A stretch of 64,000 nt of DNA from a candidate division WOR-3 bacterium (GTDB lineage Bacteria; Hydrothermota; 32-111). Below, one piece after another: positions 20,962-31,960 of this stretch (position 1 is its first letter; every line of letters begins with the position of its first letter). The notes beneath the pieces are model-generated. The model ran no database searches. It saw nothing but the letters and a program-made list of their open reading frames with translations, and was not told the origin of the DNA. Where the stretch lies: assembly GCA_037481815.1 (NCBI GenBank), contig JBBFKX010000003.1:96001-160000 (forward strand), written 5' to 3'. The translations under genes were made by a program, and so were the position numbers.

Positions 20962-22162
20962 TAAAAGGGAAAAGCACACATTTTATCTGCTCTTAATAGG
21001 TTCAATCTTCAACGGAATATCGTTGGGAGTTTTACTGTTACAGGAGTTCATACTCAGAAAAACATTGTTTGGTAATCTTGTTGAGATAACGATCCTTGTG
21101 ATGATCCAGCCGGTTTCCAATCTTTTCTCGATCTTCTTCTATTTTTTAAGTAGATATTTTAAAAGAAAAAACGATTTTTTTCTTATCATAGCTTTCTTTG
21201 GAAAACTTATATTACTTTTTATGGTGATCACAAAAAGTTCGATTCTTTTTCTTTTAGTAATCTCCGTTTTTTATATATTCAACACTTTTATGAATCCATT
21301 GTTCTCAAACATTATGCAGTTAAACTTTTCCAAAAAAAACAGAGGCCTTGTTTATGGAATCGTTTCATCGGTATCCGTTCTATCCACACTCATAGTTTCA
21401 AACATTTCTGGAAAACTGTTGGATATCAATGATAATCTATACAAACTTCTATTTTCAATTTCAGCGATTTCGGGCTTTCTGTGTTGTTTCTTTTATTCAA
21501 GGATAAAGATAAGAAAAACAAAACAGAAAAAAATCGAAGAAAGAATATCTTTCTTACAACCTTTTAAAATAATCCTGAAGATCTTAAAAGAGAATAAAGA
21601 TTTTAAAAACTATGAGATATTTTTTTTCATATACGGAATAGGTTATTTGATAATACTACCGGCGATACCGATATATTTTGTTGATGTGCTGAAACTCGAT
21701 TATTCAAAAATCTCATTTATAAGAGGTTTTCTTGGACAACTCGGATATATAATATTCTTCCCTTTAGTTGGATTTTTCCTTGATAGAATCAATCTTTTCA
21801 TCTATTCATCCTTAACATTTTTTTTGCTTTCTCTCTACCCTCTTTTTCTTTTATTTTCAAGCATTTTTCCAGATCCTTTAATTTTTGTTTATATCTCTTT
21901 TCTATTTTTTTCAATAAGTATGTCAGCTGTTTCTGTAATATGGGATCTATCTTCAATATATTTTGCAAAAGAAAACGATTCCTCACAATTTCAAAATGTG
22001 CATATCTTTTTAACCGGGGTCAGGGGGATGATAATTCCATCTTTAGGGTATCTGATATTAAAATTTTCATCACCAAAACTATTATTTTTTTTATCTACCA
22101 TCTTTTTCATCTCTTCATCTTTGGGAATGGGATATTTGTTCTATAAATCTAAATCTTCTTGA
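20933..22162 (+). CDS. MFS transporter
   Basis: About 12 hydrophobic segments, RGLVYG, GKLLD and GFFLDR. Confidence 0.8.
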   Translation: MKITNLIKLDKREKHTFYLLLIGSIFNGISLGVLLLQEFILRKTLFGNLVEITILVMIQPVSNLFSIFFYFLSRYFKRKNDFFLIIAFFGKLILLFMVITKSSILFLLVISVFYIFNTFMNPLFSNIMQLNFSKKNRGLVYGIVSSVSVLSTLIVSNISGKLLDINDNLYKLLFSISAISGFLCCFFYSRIKIRKTKQKKIEERISFLQPFKIILKILKENKDFKNYEIFFFIYGIGYLIILPAIPIYFVDVLKLDYSKISFIRGFLGQLGYIIFFPLVGFFLDRINLFIYSSLTFFLLSLYPLFLLFSSIFPDPLIFVYISFLFFSISMSAVSVIWDLSSIYFAKENDSSQFQNVHIFLTGVRGMIIPSLGYLILKFSSPKLLFFLSTIFFISSSLGMGYLFYKSKSS

Positions 22163-22204
22163 CTTTTAATAATAAAATAGTATTATAAAAAATTAAGGTG
22201 CTTT

Positions 22205-23218
22205 ATGAAAGGGATAATTTTATCAGGTTTTAGACCAACAGGTAAAGTTCATATAGGAAATTTAAAAGGTGCTCTTGAAAACTGGGTAAAATTGCAGGAT
22301 GATTACACATGTTTTTTCGAAATTGCAGATTGGCATCTTTTAACTACATCCTATGATGATGTAAGTTCTATACAGGAGAATATTTTTCAGATGGTAGTCG
22401 ATTGGCTCGCTGCAGGGATCGATCCCCAAAAATCAACGATTTTTGTTCAATCATCGGTTAAAGAACATTCAGAACTTTATCTACTTTTTTCGATGATAAC
22501 ACCTTTATCCTGGTTATACAGAAATCCAACATTAAAAGAACAGATAAGGGATCTTGAGATGACATCAGAAAACAACTATGGGCTTTTAGGTTATCCTGTT
22601 TTACAGGCAGCTGATATTCTATGTTATAAAGCAACAGCCGTTCCCGTTGGTGAGGATCAACTTCCACATCTTGAACTCACAAGAGAGATAGCAAGAAGGT
22701 TCAACAACCTTTACAAAGAAATCTTTCCTGAACCAAAATCTCTGATAACACAGTTTCCAAGAGTTTTAGGTATAGATGGCAAAAAAATGTCAAAATCTTT
22801 AAACAATGCCATATACATTGCTGATTCGGAAGAGGAGATAAAAAGGAAAGTGAAACTTTCGATTACAGATACAGCAAAGATAAGAAAAAACGATCCAGGA
22901 CACCCAGACATATGTAACATATTTTCCTACCATAAAATTTTTAATGCAGAAGAAACAGAGCATATCAAAAACTCCTGCGAAAAAGGAGATCTCGGTTGTG
23001 TTGATTGTAAAAACAGATGTGCTGAAAAGATAATTGAGTATTTAAAACCTTTGCAGGAAAAAAGAAAAATCTTTGAAAATGACCCCGATACAATTTACGA
23101 TATACTGGACAGTGGAAACAAAAAAGCTGAAACGATAGCAAAAAAAACTTTAAATGAGGTCAACGAAAGTATGAATTTAATAATAAACAGGAGGTTTTAT
23201 GATAAAACTTCACTATAA
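22205..23218 (+). CDS. trpS: Tryptophan--tRNA ligase
   Basis: HIGN, YPVLQAADIL, VPVGEDQ, KMSKS. Confidence 0.97.
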   Translation: MKGIILSGFRPTGKVHIGNLKGALENWVKLQDDYTCFFEIADWHLLTTSYDDVSSIQENIFQMVVDWLAAGIDPQKSTIFVQSSVKEHSELYLLFSMITPLSWLYRNPTLKEQIRDLEMTSENNYGLLGYPVLQAADILCYKATAVPVGEDQLPHLELTREIARRFNNLYKEIFPEPKSLITQFPRVLGIDGKKMSKSLNNAIYIADSEEEIKRKVKLSITDTAKIRKNDPGHPDICNIFSYHKIFNAEETEHIKNSCEKGDLGCVDCKNRCAEKIIEYLKPLQEKRKIFENDPDTIYDILDSGNKKAETIAKKTLNEVNESMNLIINRRFYDKTSL

Positions 23219-24332
23219 TTACAAAGATCTCTTCAGATGCACAAGATTGGGACTATCGATCAAAAAGATGTTCGTTATGTTGTCAGCGATTTCTCTTGGT
23301 GCTTTGGTTTATACAATTTTTAGTTATCTTGCATTCTTAACAAACGGAACATCTTTTAAAACAATATGGGAAACATACAAATTTATCCCTGTACCGGTAA
23401 TCGGTGTGACAACACTTACCTGGTATTCCTGGTTAATCTGGTTAATCGGAGTTGTTTTGTATTTTATATTCTTCATCTATGCACAAACAGCTGTGACAAA
23501 GATCACATTTGAGCAACTTAAAGGAAATGAGTTCTATGAGATGAAAAAATCTTTAAAATACGCTTCAAAATTCTGGAAATCATCTTTTCTTGCTCCCGTA
23601 ACACTTTTGATACTTATCGTGTTCATGTTCATCGGTGCTTTCATTTTTGGTTTGATTGGAAGGATTCCATATTTTGGACCACTTTTTATAATACTTTTAA
23701 TAATTCCTATAATTTTTGGAGCGGTTTTCACAGTTTATCTGATAATAATCTTCTTCGTTTCACTTTTCATATCACCAGCAGTAGCCGGAACATCGAAATC
23801 AGACACTTTTGATACATTATTTGAAATATTCTCTCTTGTTTGGGATCATCCATGGAGACTTGTTGTTTGGGGTGGTTTAGTTGGTGCAATGTCAACACTC
23901 GGGGGAGTTATACTTGGAATAATTTTAAAATATTCACTTGAACTCACAAGATGGGCATTATCTGTCTGGAACAATGGTTCATGGCTTAAGATTTGGTCAA
24001 ACGGTTTTTATTTCCTTCCTCCAGTCCCCGCATACGATCTTGTTGAAAAAATCGCTTCATACGCAACACCTTTCCTTTTCTCAGTTCACAATTTCATTCC
24101 AGGCAACTGGGCGATAAATATTTCTTCATTCCTTTTCGGTATTCTACTCTACATAGCAGGTTTTACTGTTATTTCTTACATACTCGTCTGCTGGACTGCA
24201 GGACTAACGATAATGTATGTTAACCTTGTAAAAATGAAAGATGATGTTAACCTTCTTGAAGAAAAAGATGAAGAGTTTGACGAAATAGAAGAAGAGGAAA
24301 AAGAGGAAAACAAAGAGGAAAAGAAAGAATAA
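23199..24332 (+). CDS. Hypothetical polytopic membrane protein with an acidic tail
   Basis: Multiple TM segments, a GGAGG SD and a Glu-rich C-terminus. Confidence 0.75.
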   Translation: MIKLHYNYKDLFRCTRLGLSIKKMFVMLSAISLGALVYTIFSYLAFLTNGTSFKTIWETYKFIPVPVIGVTTLTWYSWLIWLIGVVLYFIFFIYAQTAVTKITFEQLKGNEFYEMKKSLKYASKFWKSSFLAPVTLLILIVFMFIGAFIFGLIGRIPYFGPLFIILLIIPIIFGAVFTVYLIIIFFVSLFISPAVAGTSKSDTFDTLFEIFSLVWDHPWRLVVWGGLVGAMSTLGGVILGIILKYSLELTRWALSVWNNGSWLKIWSNGFYFLPPVPAYDLVEKIASYATPFLFSVHNFIPGNWAINISSFLFGILLYIAGFTVISYILVCWTAGLTIMYVNLVKMKDDVNLLEEKDEEFDEIEEEEKEENKEEKKE

Positions 24333-24358
24333 AGGGAGTTTTTATACTCCCTTTTTTT
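24331..24358 (+). terminator. Intrinsic terminator
   Basis: GGGAGT-N6-ACTCCC hairpin followed by T7. Confidence 0.7.
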
Positions 24359-24372
24359 AAAAGGTGGTGAAT

Positions 24373-25068
24373 ATGGGTCTTTTAATCTTTTTGATAATCG
24401 TAGGGGGATTGGGATTCACAGGATGGGCTATCTATACAAACAAAAAAAATGAAACCCTTTCAGTTCCAGAGACATTCGTTATTAATAAAAAACCAACCAT
24501 GCCTCTTGGAACCGATACTTCTTTCTTTCTGACAAAAACAAAGGAACTCACAAACAAAAAAATCGAAAAGATTGGAGAGTTTTCTCTCGATAATTTTCCT
24601 TTTAAAAATTATTATTCAGGATTCTTTTCACCTGAAAAAAATGTGTTTATCATTCTTGGGCAGCATATACCCGATAATATCCAAAAACTTTTCGGTATAT
24701 CAGAAAAACCTTTTATGAGTGTCATATCGATTTTTACAGATGGATCAGATCTTGAAACCACAACAAGGGAAAACGGTGATAAAGAGATCAAAAGTGAGTT
24801 CAGAAGGGTTGTAAAAATTGAAAATGTTCCTCTTGAACTTATGATAAACAAACACAAAGAGAATGTTGATAAGATCGAAGTCAAAGGGATTCGAGAAGTT
24901 GCACTTGTTAAGGATGATTTCTTCAAGTATTTTGAAAGAGGATTAAGAATAGATATAGTTCACAAATCAACAAGAGGTTTTGTTACAAAAGCGGATGTGG
25001 AAGAGATCTTAAAAAAACTTGACCTCAAACTTAAGGAGGTCGGGAAAAAGGAGGAAGAACAACCTTAA
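24373..25068 (+). CDS. Hypothetical membrane-anchored protein
   Basis: N-terminal TM helix. ATG 24373 follows AAGGTGG (alternative start GTG 24364). Confidence 0.7.
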   Translation: MGLLIFLIIVGGLGFTGWAIYTNKKNETLSVPETFVINKKPTMPLGTDTSFFLTKTKELTNKKIEKIGEFSLDNFPFKNYYSGFFSPEKNVFIILGQHIPDNIQKLFGISEKPFMSVISIFTDGSDLETTTRENGDKEIKSEFRRVVKIENVPLELMINKHKENVDKIEVKGIREVALVKDDFFKYFERGLRIDIVHKSTRGFVTKADVEEILKKLDLKLKEVGKKEEEQP

Positions 25069-25421
25069 TTTTCCTCTTTCATCCTCTTCCAGTTATCGAA
25101 CAACCTTCTGATATGAGGGATTGTAATCGATCCACCGATTATCAACGCTATATCAACCGCTTCAACGAGTTCCTCATCGGTAACATTTTCTTCAAAACAC
25201 CTTATAAGATGATAGAGAATGCAATCATCACACCTTAAAACGATCGATCCAACAAGACCCATCATCTCTTTGTATTTTGAAGGAATTTTTCCTTCATAGT
25301 AAACTTGAGAATCAAGAGCAAAAAACCTTTTCGTTGATGTTGTTGAAAAATCCATTATTATTTTGTTTAACCTTTCCCTCTCCTTCCTGAACTCTTCAAC
25401 ATTTTTTTTCTTTTCATCCAT
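25065..25421 (-). CDS. Carboxymuconolactone decarboxylase/AhpD family protein
   Basis: KEMMGL...LRCDDCILYH CxxC motif. GAGGTG SD before ATG 25421. Confidence 0.85.
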   Translation of the reverse strand: MDEKKKNVEEFRKERERLNKIIMDFSTTSTKRFFALDSQVYYEGKIPSKYKEMMGLVGSIVLRCDDCILYHLIRCFEENVTDEELVEAVDIALIIGGSITIPHIRRLFDNWKRMKEEN

Positions 25422-25428
25422 AAACACC

Positions 25429-27183
25429 TCACTTGATTTTTTTAAAAGTAAAAGTTCCATTTGGCTGTATTATATCAACATTTATAATTTTTTCATTTTT
25501 TTCATTGAATCTGACGAAGAAACCTTTAAGTTCTTTGAACTCAAAATAGTTTTTACTTTTGGGAACTATTTTCATCGACTGCTGTCCCTTTAAATTCAAG
25601 GTTAAAAATTGATCTTTTGTTAACAATATTTCAAGTGTATCATTTTCTAATATGTATTTGCCTTCAAATTTTTTTAAATAGGATATCGAAAAAAGATCAT
25701 CTTCTATCACTTTCTCAAAAACTATATCATCCGTTAACGGTTCTATCGGGAAATAAAGTTTTGTTATATTTCCATCTTTATCTGTTTCAAACGAAATTTT
25801 AGTATCCATTTCGATCATTCCATCCGATTTTGCTGTAAAAACATCATAATGAAAATGGGTCAATTTCATTTCCAGTTCATTGAATTTTAAAATCAGTTTA
25901 CTATTTTCGTATTCAATCTTTAATTTACCGTAACCTTTATTTTCATAAACTCCTGCGTAATCTTTTAAAGGATGTGAAGGTTTTGTTTTCTTATTTCCAA
26001 TTTCCTCTTTTTTTAATTTATTCACATTTAGATTTTCAACATCTTTTAAACGGTCACTCCATGGTGTTGGATCAAGTCCAAGCATCAATTCTGAAACAAA
26101 CATTTCAACAAGAAAAGGAATAGCACTGTTGTTCATGTTTGAAAGAACTACCACACCGAAAGAATCATCCGGAAATATTCCCATGTGCGCTGAAAAACCA
26201 TCTATATTCCCACCATGGAATATATGATATTTTCCCCTGTAATATTCTATAAACCATCCCATTCCATAGGTTCTAAAACTCCTTTCAGGATAATTTGATC
26301 TTTCAGAAACTATCATTTTCGGTGTTATCATGTTGTCTATATAATCTGATGATAATATATCATATCCTTTCCCTTTATTTAAAATAAAGATCAACCATTT
26401 TGCCATATCAATAACATTCGAATTTATCGTTCCTGCAGGTCCCATCGCGGGAAACTCTCTGAAATTCATTTTAACAATTTTTTTACCATCAAAATAGTAT
26501 GGGTAAGCAAAATCGTTTTGATTTTTCATAACCTCTGTTGAAAAATTCGTTTTTTCCATCTTTAGAGGTTTCAAAATCCTTTCATTAACAAAATTTTCCC
26601 AGCTTTCGCCTGAAACCTTTTCAACAAGATAACCTGCAACAAGATACATATGATTCTGGTATTGGAATTTTGTTCTTATCGAATAGTTTGGTTTTAAATA
26701 CTTTAACCTTTTATAAATATCCTCTCTTGAAAATGTTGAACCATACCACATAAAATCATGCCTTGGAAGACCTATCCTGTGGGTTAAAATGTCAAGTGGT
26801 GTCGCAAGTTTTTCTGAAACTTCATCGTAGAGTTGAAAATCTGGAAGATAATCTTTTAGAGGTTTATCAAACTCCATTTTTCCATCTTGAACAAGTATCG
26901 ACAATGCTGTTGCTGTGAAAGATTTTGTGCAGGAACCTATTGCAAAAAGTGTATTTACTGTTACTCCTTTTTTATTCTCATAATCAGAATAACCATACCC
27001 TTTAGCGTATATCAAAGAGTCCCTGTAAACTATTCCTATTGAAAGACCCACCCCATTATGCACCTTTAACATAGAATCTACAAAAAGATCTATCTTTTCA
27101 AACTTTTTAGTAAAATCTTCTGGATAAAAGTTTAGAAAAAATATTATAGTTGATACAAATATAAATTGTTTTAAAAACTTCAT
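25429..27183 (-). CDS. Serine hydrolase (class C beta-lactamase-like) with DUF3471-like C-terminal domains
   Basis: SxxK (SCTK), YQN, HGG. Signal peptide after ATG 27183 with a GGAG SD. Confidence 0.88.
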   Translation of the reverse strand: MKFLKQFIFVSTIIFFLNFYPEDFTKKFEKIDLFVDSMLKVHNGVGLSIGIVYRDSLIYAKGYGYSDYENKKGVTVNTLFAIGSCTKSFTATALSILVQDGKMEFDKPLKDYLPDFQLYDEVSEKLATPLDILTHRIGLPRHDFMWYGSTFSREDIYKRLKYLKPNYSIRTKFQYQNHMYLVAGYLVEKVSGESWENFVNERILKPLKMEKTNFSTEVMKNQNDFAYPYYFDGKKIVKMNFREFPAMGPAGTINSNVIDMAKWLIFILNKGKGYDILSSDYIDNMITPKMIVSERSNYPERSFRTYGMGWFIEYYRGKYHIFHGGNIDGFSAHMGIFPDDSFGVVVLSNMNNSAIPFLVEMFVSELMLGLDPTPWSDRLKDVENLNVNKLKKEEIGNKKTKPSHPLKDYAGVYENKGYGKLKIEYENSKLILKFNELEMKLTHFHYDVFTAKSDGMIEMDTKISFETDKDGNITKLYFPIEPLTDDIVFEKVIEDDLFSISYLKKFEGKYILENDTLEILLTKDQFLTLNLKGQQSMKIVPKSKNYFEFKELKGFFVRFNEKNEKIINVDIIQPNGTFTFKKIK

Positions 27184-27279
27184 AACACTCCTTGATAATT
27201 TTATAGATAATAGATTAACCAATTATAAAGTCAATAAATATGTAGTTGAAAATGGTTTTATTTGTTATATAATTTTTTT

Positions 27280-27966
27280 ATGGAAAAATTCAAAATTGTG
27301 ATTCTTGAAGATGAACAGGATATAAACGATCTAATCTCTATCCATCTGAAACAGAATAACTTTGACTTTATTCAATTTTTTTCCGGAAAAGATTTTTTAA
27401 AATTTCTATCAAACAACAACACTTTCCATCTACTTATTCTTGACCTCATGTTACCGGAAGTGGATGGAATCGAAATTTTGAAAAGATTAAAAAATGATCC
27501 TTTGTACAAAAATATTCCGGTTATAATTCTTACAGCAAAATCTGAAGAGAGCGATAAACTCGTTGGACTCGAACTTGGAAGTGACGATTATTTAACAAAA
27601 CCTTTTTCAGTAAAAGAACTGATTGCAAGAATCAAGGTTATACTAAAAAGATATTATTCTGAAAAAGATGAAAATGTTATCAGAATTGGAAAGGACATAG
27701 TTATAGATATAAATAGAGGAGAATGTTTATATAAAAACAAACCAGTTAATTTAACATCAACAGAGTTTAGAATTTTAACAACACTTGCGAAAAGAAAGGG
27801 CTGGATCTTTTCAAGAGAAAAGATTTTAATGGCGATCTGGGGCAACGATAAAATAGTTACGAAAAGGAGTGTTGATGTGCACATAAAAAGTATCAGAGAC
27901 AAAATCGATAAAGAAGGTAAATATATAAAAAATATAAGAGGAATGGGATACAAAATTGAGGATTAA
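27280..27966 (+). CDS. OmpR/PhoB-family response regulator
   Basis: LDLMLP, DDYLTKPF, RSVDVHI, IRGMGY. TTGAAA-N16-TATAAT ends 6 nt before ATG 27280. Confidence 0.92.
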   Translation: MEKFKIVILEDEQDINDLISIHLKQNNFDFIQFFSGKDFLKFLSNNNTFHLLILDLMLPEVDGIEILKRLKNDPLYKNIPVIILTAKSEESDKLVGLELGSDDYLTKPFSVKELIARIKVILKRYYSEKDENVIRIGKDIVIDINRGECLYKNKPVNLTSTEFRILTTLAKRKGWIFSREKILMAIWGNDKIVTKRSVDVHIKSIRDKIDKEGKYIKNIRGMGYKIED

Positions 27967-29665
27967 ACCATTTTCAAAGGTCAAAGCGATAATTTATTTT
28001 CTTATTTTCATTCTACTGATCATAAATTCATTTTCATTCTATTTCACAAGCAGAATGGTTAAAAAAACTTACATCTATTCAAATTCAAAAAATTTAGAAT
28101 CAATCTCAAAATTACTTCTTGAAAACTTTAACGACTCCTTTAACGATTTACCAATTTTGAACCAGAGAGTGAAAGAAAAAAGTCAAGAAACTGGACTGAG
28201 GATAACTCTTGTTGATAAAACTGGAAAGGTCATAGCAGATTCCCATCAGGACTATAGATTGATGGAAAACCATAAGGGAAGAAAAGATATATATGAAGCA
28301 CTCGAAGGGAAAAGTATAACGGTTGAAAGGTACAGTAAAACTTTAAAAAATAAAATGATTTATTTTTCTATGCCGATATATAAAGAGAGTGAAATTATCG
28401 GTGTCATAAGATTGAGTTCTTTTTCAAAAGATATAGACAGGATTCTTTTTAACATTTTCAGAGATTACATCTTCGTTTTCATTTTAAATCTTTTGATAAT
28501 CTTTTCTATCTTCTACTTTTTAAACAAAAAAATAAATTATCCTTTAAACCTTATTTTAAAAAATCTTGAAAAATTTGGAAGTGGAGAATTCGATACTAAA
28601 ATAATTTTAAAGGATGAGGATGAATTCAAAAAAATAGGAAAAACTTTTAACGATATGGTTGATAGTATCAAGAATTTGATCATAAATACTGAACAAAAGA
28701 ACAGAGAATTCGAAACACTTTTGAAAACTATCGATGAGGGAATAATCATAGTTGATGATGAGTTCAACATCATCTATTCAAACAAAAAGATTGAAAATCT
28801 TTTCTCATCAGACAAGCAAAATATCAAAAGAATAACCGATATTTTCTTAAACTACGATTTCATAAAAGCGTTGAAGGACTCTCAGAATGGTACAATAAAA
28901 ATTGAAAGTGAAATAAAATCAAAAATTTTTCTCATAAACATATCCTTCATAAAAGAAGACAACAAATACATTTTAACATTTTTTGATATCTCCGATTTAA
29001 AAAATGTTGATCGCATGAGAAAAGATTTTATTTCAAATATATCACACGAGTTGAAAACTCCTTTAACTGCAATATATGGATATCTCGAAACTATAGAGAT
29101 GGAATATAATGACATCAAATATGTTCCTATAATAAAAAAACATGTTGAAAATATGAACAAACTCGTTGAAGAGATTTTAACATTATCATATCTTGAAACA
29201 TCACCAAAAATAAAAATTGAAAACTTCATTTTAAACGATTCTATAAAAAATGTTATTAACACTTTTTATGAAGATATAAACAAGAAAAAACTACAATTTG
29301 ATTTTATCCATGATCAGAATATCTCTTTTTCTGGAGATAGAGAAAAAATCGAAAGGATGATAAAAAATCTTTTAGAAAATTCTATAAAGTATACAGATGA
29401 AGGTTATATAAAAGTTTATTTACAAAAAAAAGATCAAAAAATAATAATCGTGGTTGAGGATACAGGAATCGGTATTCCAGAAAAGGAGAGGGAACGAATA
29501 TTTGAAAGATTTTATACTGTTGATAAATCAAGATCAAAAAAATATGGGGGATTTGGACTTGGCTTATCGATCGTAAAACATATAGTTAAACTACACAATG
29601 GAAAAATCGAAGTTGAAAGCGAAGAGGGAAAAGGAACAAAAATAATCGTAACCTTTGAAGGTTAA
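27956..29665 (+). CDS. PhoR-like sensor kinase (TM-HAMP-PAS-HisKA-HATPase)
   Basis: MENHKGR periplasmic motif, SHELKTPL, IFERFYTVDKSRS, GLGLSIVKH. Confidence 0.9.
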   Translation: MRIKPFSKVKAIIYFLIFILLIINSFSFYFTSRMVKKTYIYSNSKNLESISKLLLENFNDSFNDLPILNQRVKEKSQETGLRITLVDKTGKVIADSHQDYRLMENHKGRKDIYEALEGKSITVERYSKTLKNKMIYFSMPIYKESEIIGVIRLSSFSKDIDRILFNIFRDYIFVFILNLLIIFSIFYFLNKKINYPLNLILKNLEKFGSGEFDTKIILKDEDEFKKIGKTFNDMVDSIKNLIINTEQKNREFETLLKTIDEGIIIVDDEFNIIYSNKKIENLFSSDKQNIKRITDIFLNYDFIKALKDSQNGTIKIESEIKSKIFLINISFIKEDNKYILTFFDISDLKNVDRMRKDFISNISHELKTPLTAIYGYLETIEMEYNDIKYVPIIKKHVENMNKLVEEILTLSYLETSPKIKIENFILNDSIKNVINTFYEDINKKKLQFDFIHDQNISFSGDREKIERMIKNLLENSIKYTDEGYIKVYLQKKDQKIIIVVEDTGIGIPEKERERIFERFYTVDKSRSKKYGGFGLGLSIVKHIVKLHNGKIEVESEEGKGTKIIVTFEG

Positions 29666-30519
29666 ATCTTCAATTTTCTAATAGCGTTAGAAAAAATTTT
29701 TTTATCAGTTTTTGGAATCTTATTTTTTTGAGGGAATTTACCCTTTTTTACATCTTCAGCATACCTGTTTAAGGCATCAGAAATTCTTTTTGAAATATTT
29801 TCATACCTTTTTATAAACCTTGGAGTGAACCTTGAATACAATCCAATTATATCGTTTATAACAACTATCTGTCCATCACTATCAACACCCGAACCAATAG
29901 AATACACAGGAATTTTTAAATTTTCCTTTAAAAACTTTACAACAAGATCTGTTGTGTTTTCAACAATAACCATCAACACACCTGCTTTTTGGAGTTCAAA
30001 ACCATCCTCTATTATTTTGGTTATCTCTTCTTCATCGTTTCCAAGAATCGGATAACCTCCATATTTTTTATAACTCTGTGGTTTCATTCCGATATGTCCA
30101 CAAACAGGTATTCCAGCATCAACAACAGCCTTTATTCTATCGATTATCTCCTTTCCTCCTTCCATTTTAACAGCATCAGATCTTGTTTCCTTTAATGCTC
30201 TTCCACAATTTCTTATCGCTTCACTTTTTGAAACCTGATATGTTAAAAAAGGCATATCGAATATTAGGTACTGTTTTTTTATGGCTCTTCTAACAGATTT
30301 TCCAAAAACGATCATTTCATCTAAACTTATGTCGAGTGTTGATGTGTTTCCCATCATCACCATCGATGCTGAATCTCCAACAAGTACAATATCAACATTA
30401 GAATCGTTTACTACAGAAGCGATCGAATAATCATAGGCAGTCACAAGGACTGCCTTTTCATTGTTTTTCTTTTTTCTTAAAAGTTCTTTATAGGTTATCT
30501 TTTCGAGTTTACTCTTCAA
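29662..30519 (-). CDS. panB: 3-methyl-2-oxobutanoate hydroxymethyltransferase
   Basis: TAYD, LVGDS, DMPF, VKMEGG, GHIG, IGSG..DGQ. Confidence 0.95.
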   Translation of the reverse strand: MKSKLEKITYKELLRKKKNNEKAVLVTAYDYSIASVVNDSNVDIVLVGDSASMVMMGNTSTLDISLDEMIVFGKSVRRAIKKQYLIFDMPFLTYQVSKSEAIRNCGRALKETRSDAVKMEGGKEIIDRIKAVVDAGIPVCGHIGMKPQSYKKYGGYPILGNDEEEITKIIEDGFELQKAGVLMVIVENTTDLVVKFLKENLKIPVYSIGSGVDSDGQIVVINDIIGLYSRFTPRFIKRYENISKRISDALNRYAEDVKKGKFPQKNKIPKTDKKIFSNAIRKLKI

Positions 30520-31960
30520 TTATTATTATCTCCTCTTCTCCTTTTACAGTATCTTTAGGAGTTGTATCTTTCTTTTCCTCTTCAATTATAAATGTCCCCT
30601 CTTCCTTCTTCTCTTCAGTTGGGATTTGTTGTTTTGGAGTTTCAACTTTGTTTTCAACTACTGGTTTTTCTTCCTTCACAACAGGTTGAGGTGTTGTCTG
30701 TTTCTCTTCAACAACAGGCACAACCTCTTCCTTTTTTACCTCTTCTATAACCGGTTCAGGTGTTACAACCTGTTCTTTTACTTCCTCTTTTATAACATTG
30801 GTTTCACCTGTTATATTCATGAGTTCACCATATTTTTTCATAAGATATTCTGTTTTGTTTCTATAGGAAAGCTTTATCTCTTCGTATGGTTTTATGTCCA
30901 TATTTCCTTTGATCGAAATAATCGTTGCTGTTGAATATTTCTCATAGGGAACAAGAACCTGCAAAGCACCTGCTGCAAAATATTCTCCCGTTTTGTCTTT
31001 TCTAACTATTGTGAAAACATCCCCTGTATTTATTCCATCATTTTTACCAAGGTTTATAAAAACGATTGTGAACTCGTTTGTTCTCAGTTTTGGATTTTCT
31101 GTTCCTATTAGTGATCCATAGATTTCTTCTGAAACTTTCAAATATGAAGAATTAGGATTAATCTGTGGTTCTTCATATGTTGAAACAAAATCACCTTTGT
31201 TGATCTCATCGTACGCTGCTGTTATCGTTCCATAAGCAAAATTGTTTTCATAACCATCTATTCTGACTTTTCCTATTATTCTTACATGTTTTCCAAGATT
31301 TTCACCACTTTTGTTATCTTTTACTTTGTTGTTCCAATTGAATATGATCAACTCTTTTCCTATCAAATTTTTATCTTCTGAATTTAACTTTATATAAACT
31401 TTTTCATTTGTAACCATCTGATAAGAATTTTTATATAAACCATCTATCTTTCCAATCTGTGGGTTCTGTAAAGAAAGGTAGCCTGCTTTGAATGCCAATT
31501 TTTTTGCAACAGCATATTCAACAGCATTTTTTATCGTATAACTTTTTGTTCTTTCAATTTTTTTGATATCTTCTCTTATCTGTTTCACTTTACCGATCTG
31601 TTCATCCATTCCTGTTGAAGTTGTATACTCCATCTCTTGTTCCTGAACCTCTTTTTCAAAACCTATTTCTTCTTCTGTCTTTGTCATCTCTTTTTCTTCA
31701 ACTTGTTGAACATTCTCCTGCAAAGTTGCATCAGCAGCGACATCAGGTATGATAAATTCCTGTCCTGGATATATCCAGTGAGGGTCTTTAATCTTTTCTA
31801 TATTTGCATTGTAAATATTTCTCCAGATAAATGGATTATTGTAATAATAACCGGCAAGATCCCATAAAGTATCTCCCTTTTTAACAACATGCACTTTTTG
31901 TCCAAAAATTGCAAGAGATAACATTATGGCTATCAATAAGAGGAATAACCACTTCTTCAC
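30509..31960 (-). CDS. Exported LysM-domain protein with a low-complexity E/K/P/T tail
   Basis: Signal peptide, HVVKKGDTLWDLA...IYNAN...PHWIYPGQ. Confidence 0.85.
   Translation of the reverse strand: MKKWLFLLLIAIMLSLAIFGQKVHVVKKGDTLWDLAGYYYNNPFIWRNIYNANIEKIKDPHWIYPGQEFIIPDVAADATLQENVQQVEEKEMTKTEEEIGFEKEVQEQEMEYTTSTGMDEQIGKVKQIREDIKKIERTKSYTIKNAVEYAVAKKLAFKAGYLSLQNPQIGKIDGLYKNSYQMVTNEKVYIKLNSEDKNLIGKELIIFNWNNKVKDNKSGENLGKHVRIIGKVRIDGYENNFAYGTITAAYDEINKGDFVSTYEEPQINPNSSYLKVSEEIYGSLIGTENPKLRTNEFTIVFINLGKNDGINTGDVFTIVRKDKTGEYFAAGALQVLVPYEKYSTATIISIKGNMDIKPYEEIKLSYRNKTEYLMKKYGELMNITGETNVIKEEVKEQVVTPEPVIEEVKKEEVVPVVEEKQTTPQPVVKEEKPVVENKVETPKQQIPTEEKKEEGTFIIEEEKKDTTPKDTVKGEEEIIIIEE

Noticed and set aside
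25429..27183. Beta-lactam resistance gene
   Set aside because: SxxK/YxN with HGG and DUF3471-like extensions fits a general serine hydrolase or peptidase. Resistance cannot be inferred.
30520..30800. Repetitive DNA in the LysM tail (and 58940-59150 in the TonB linker) as a CRISPR or repeat array
   Set aside because: Low-complexity coding sequence with no fixed-length repeat-spacer pattern and no cas genes.
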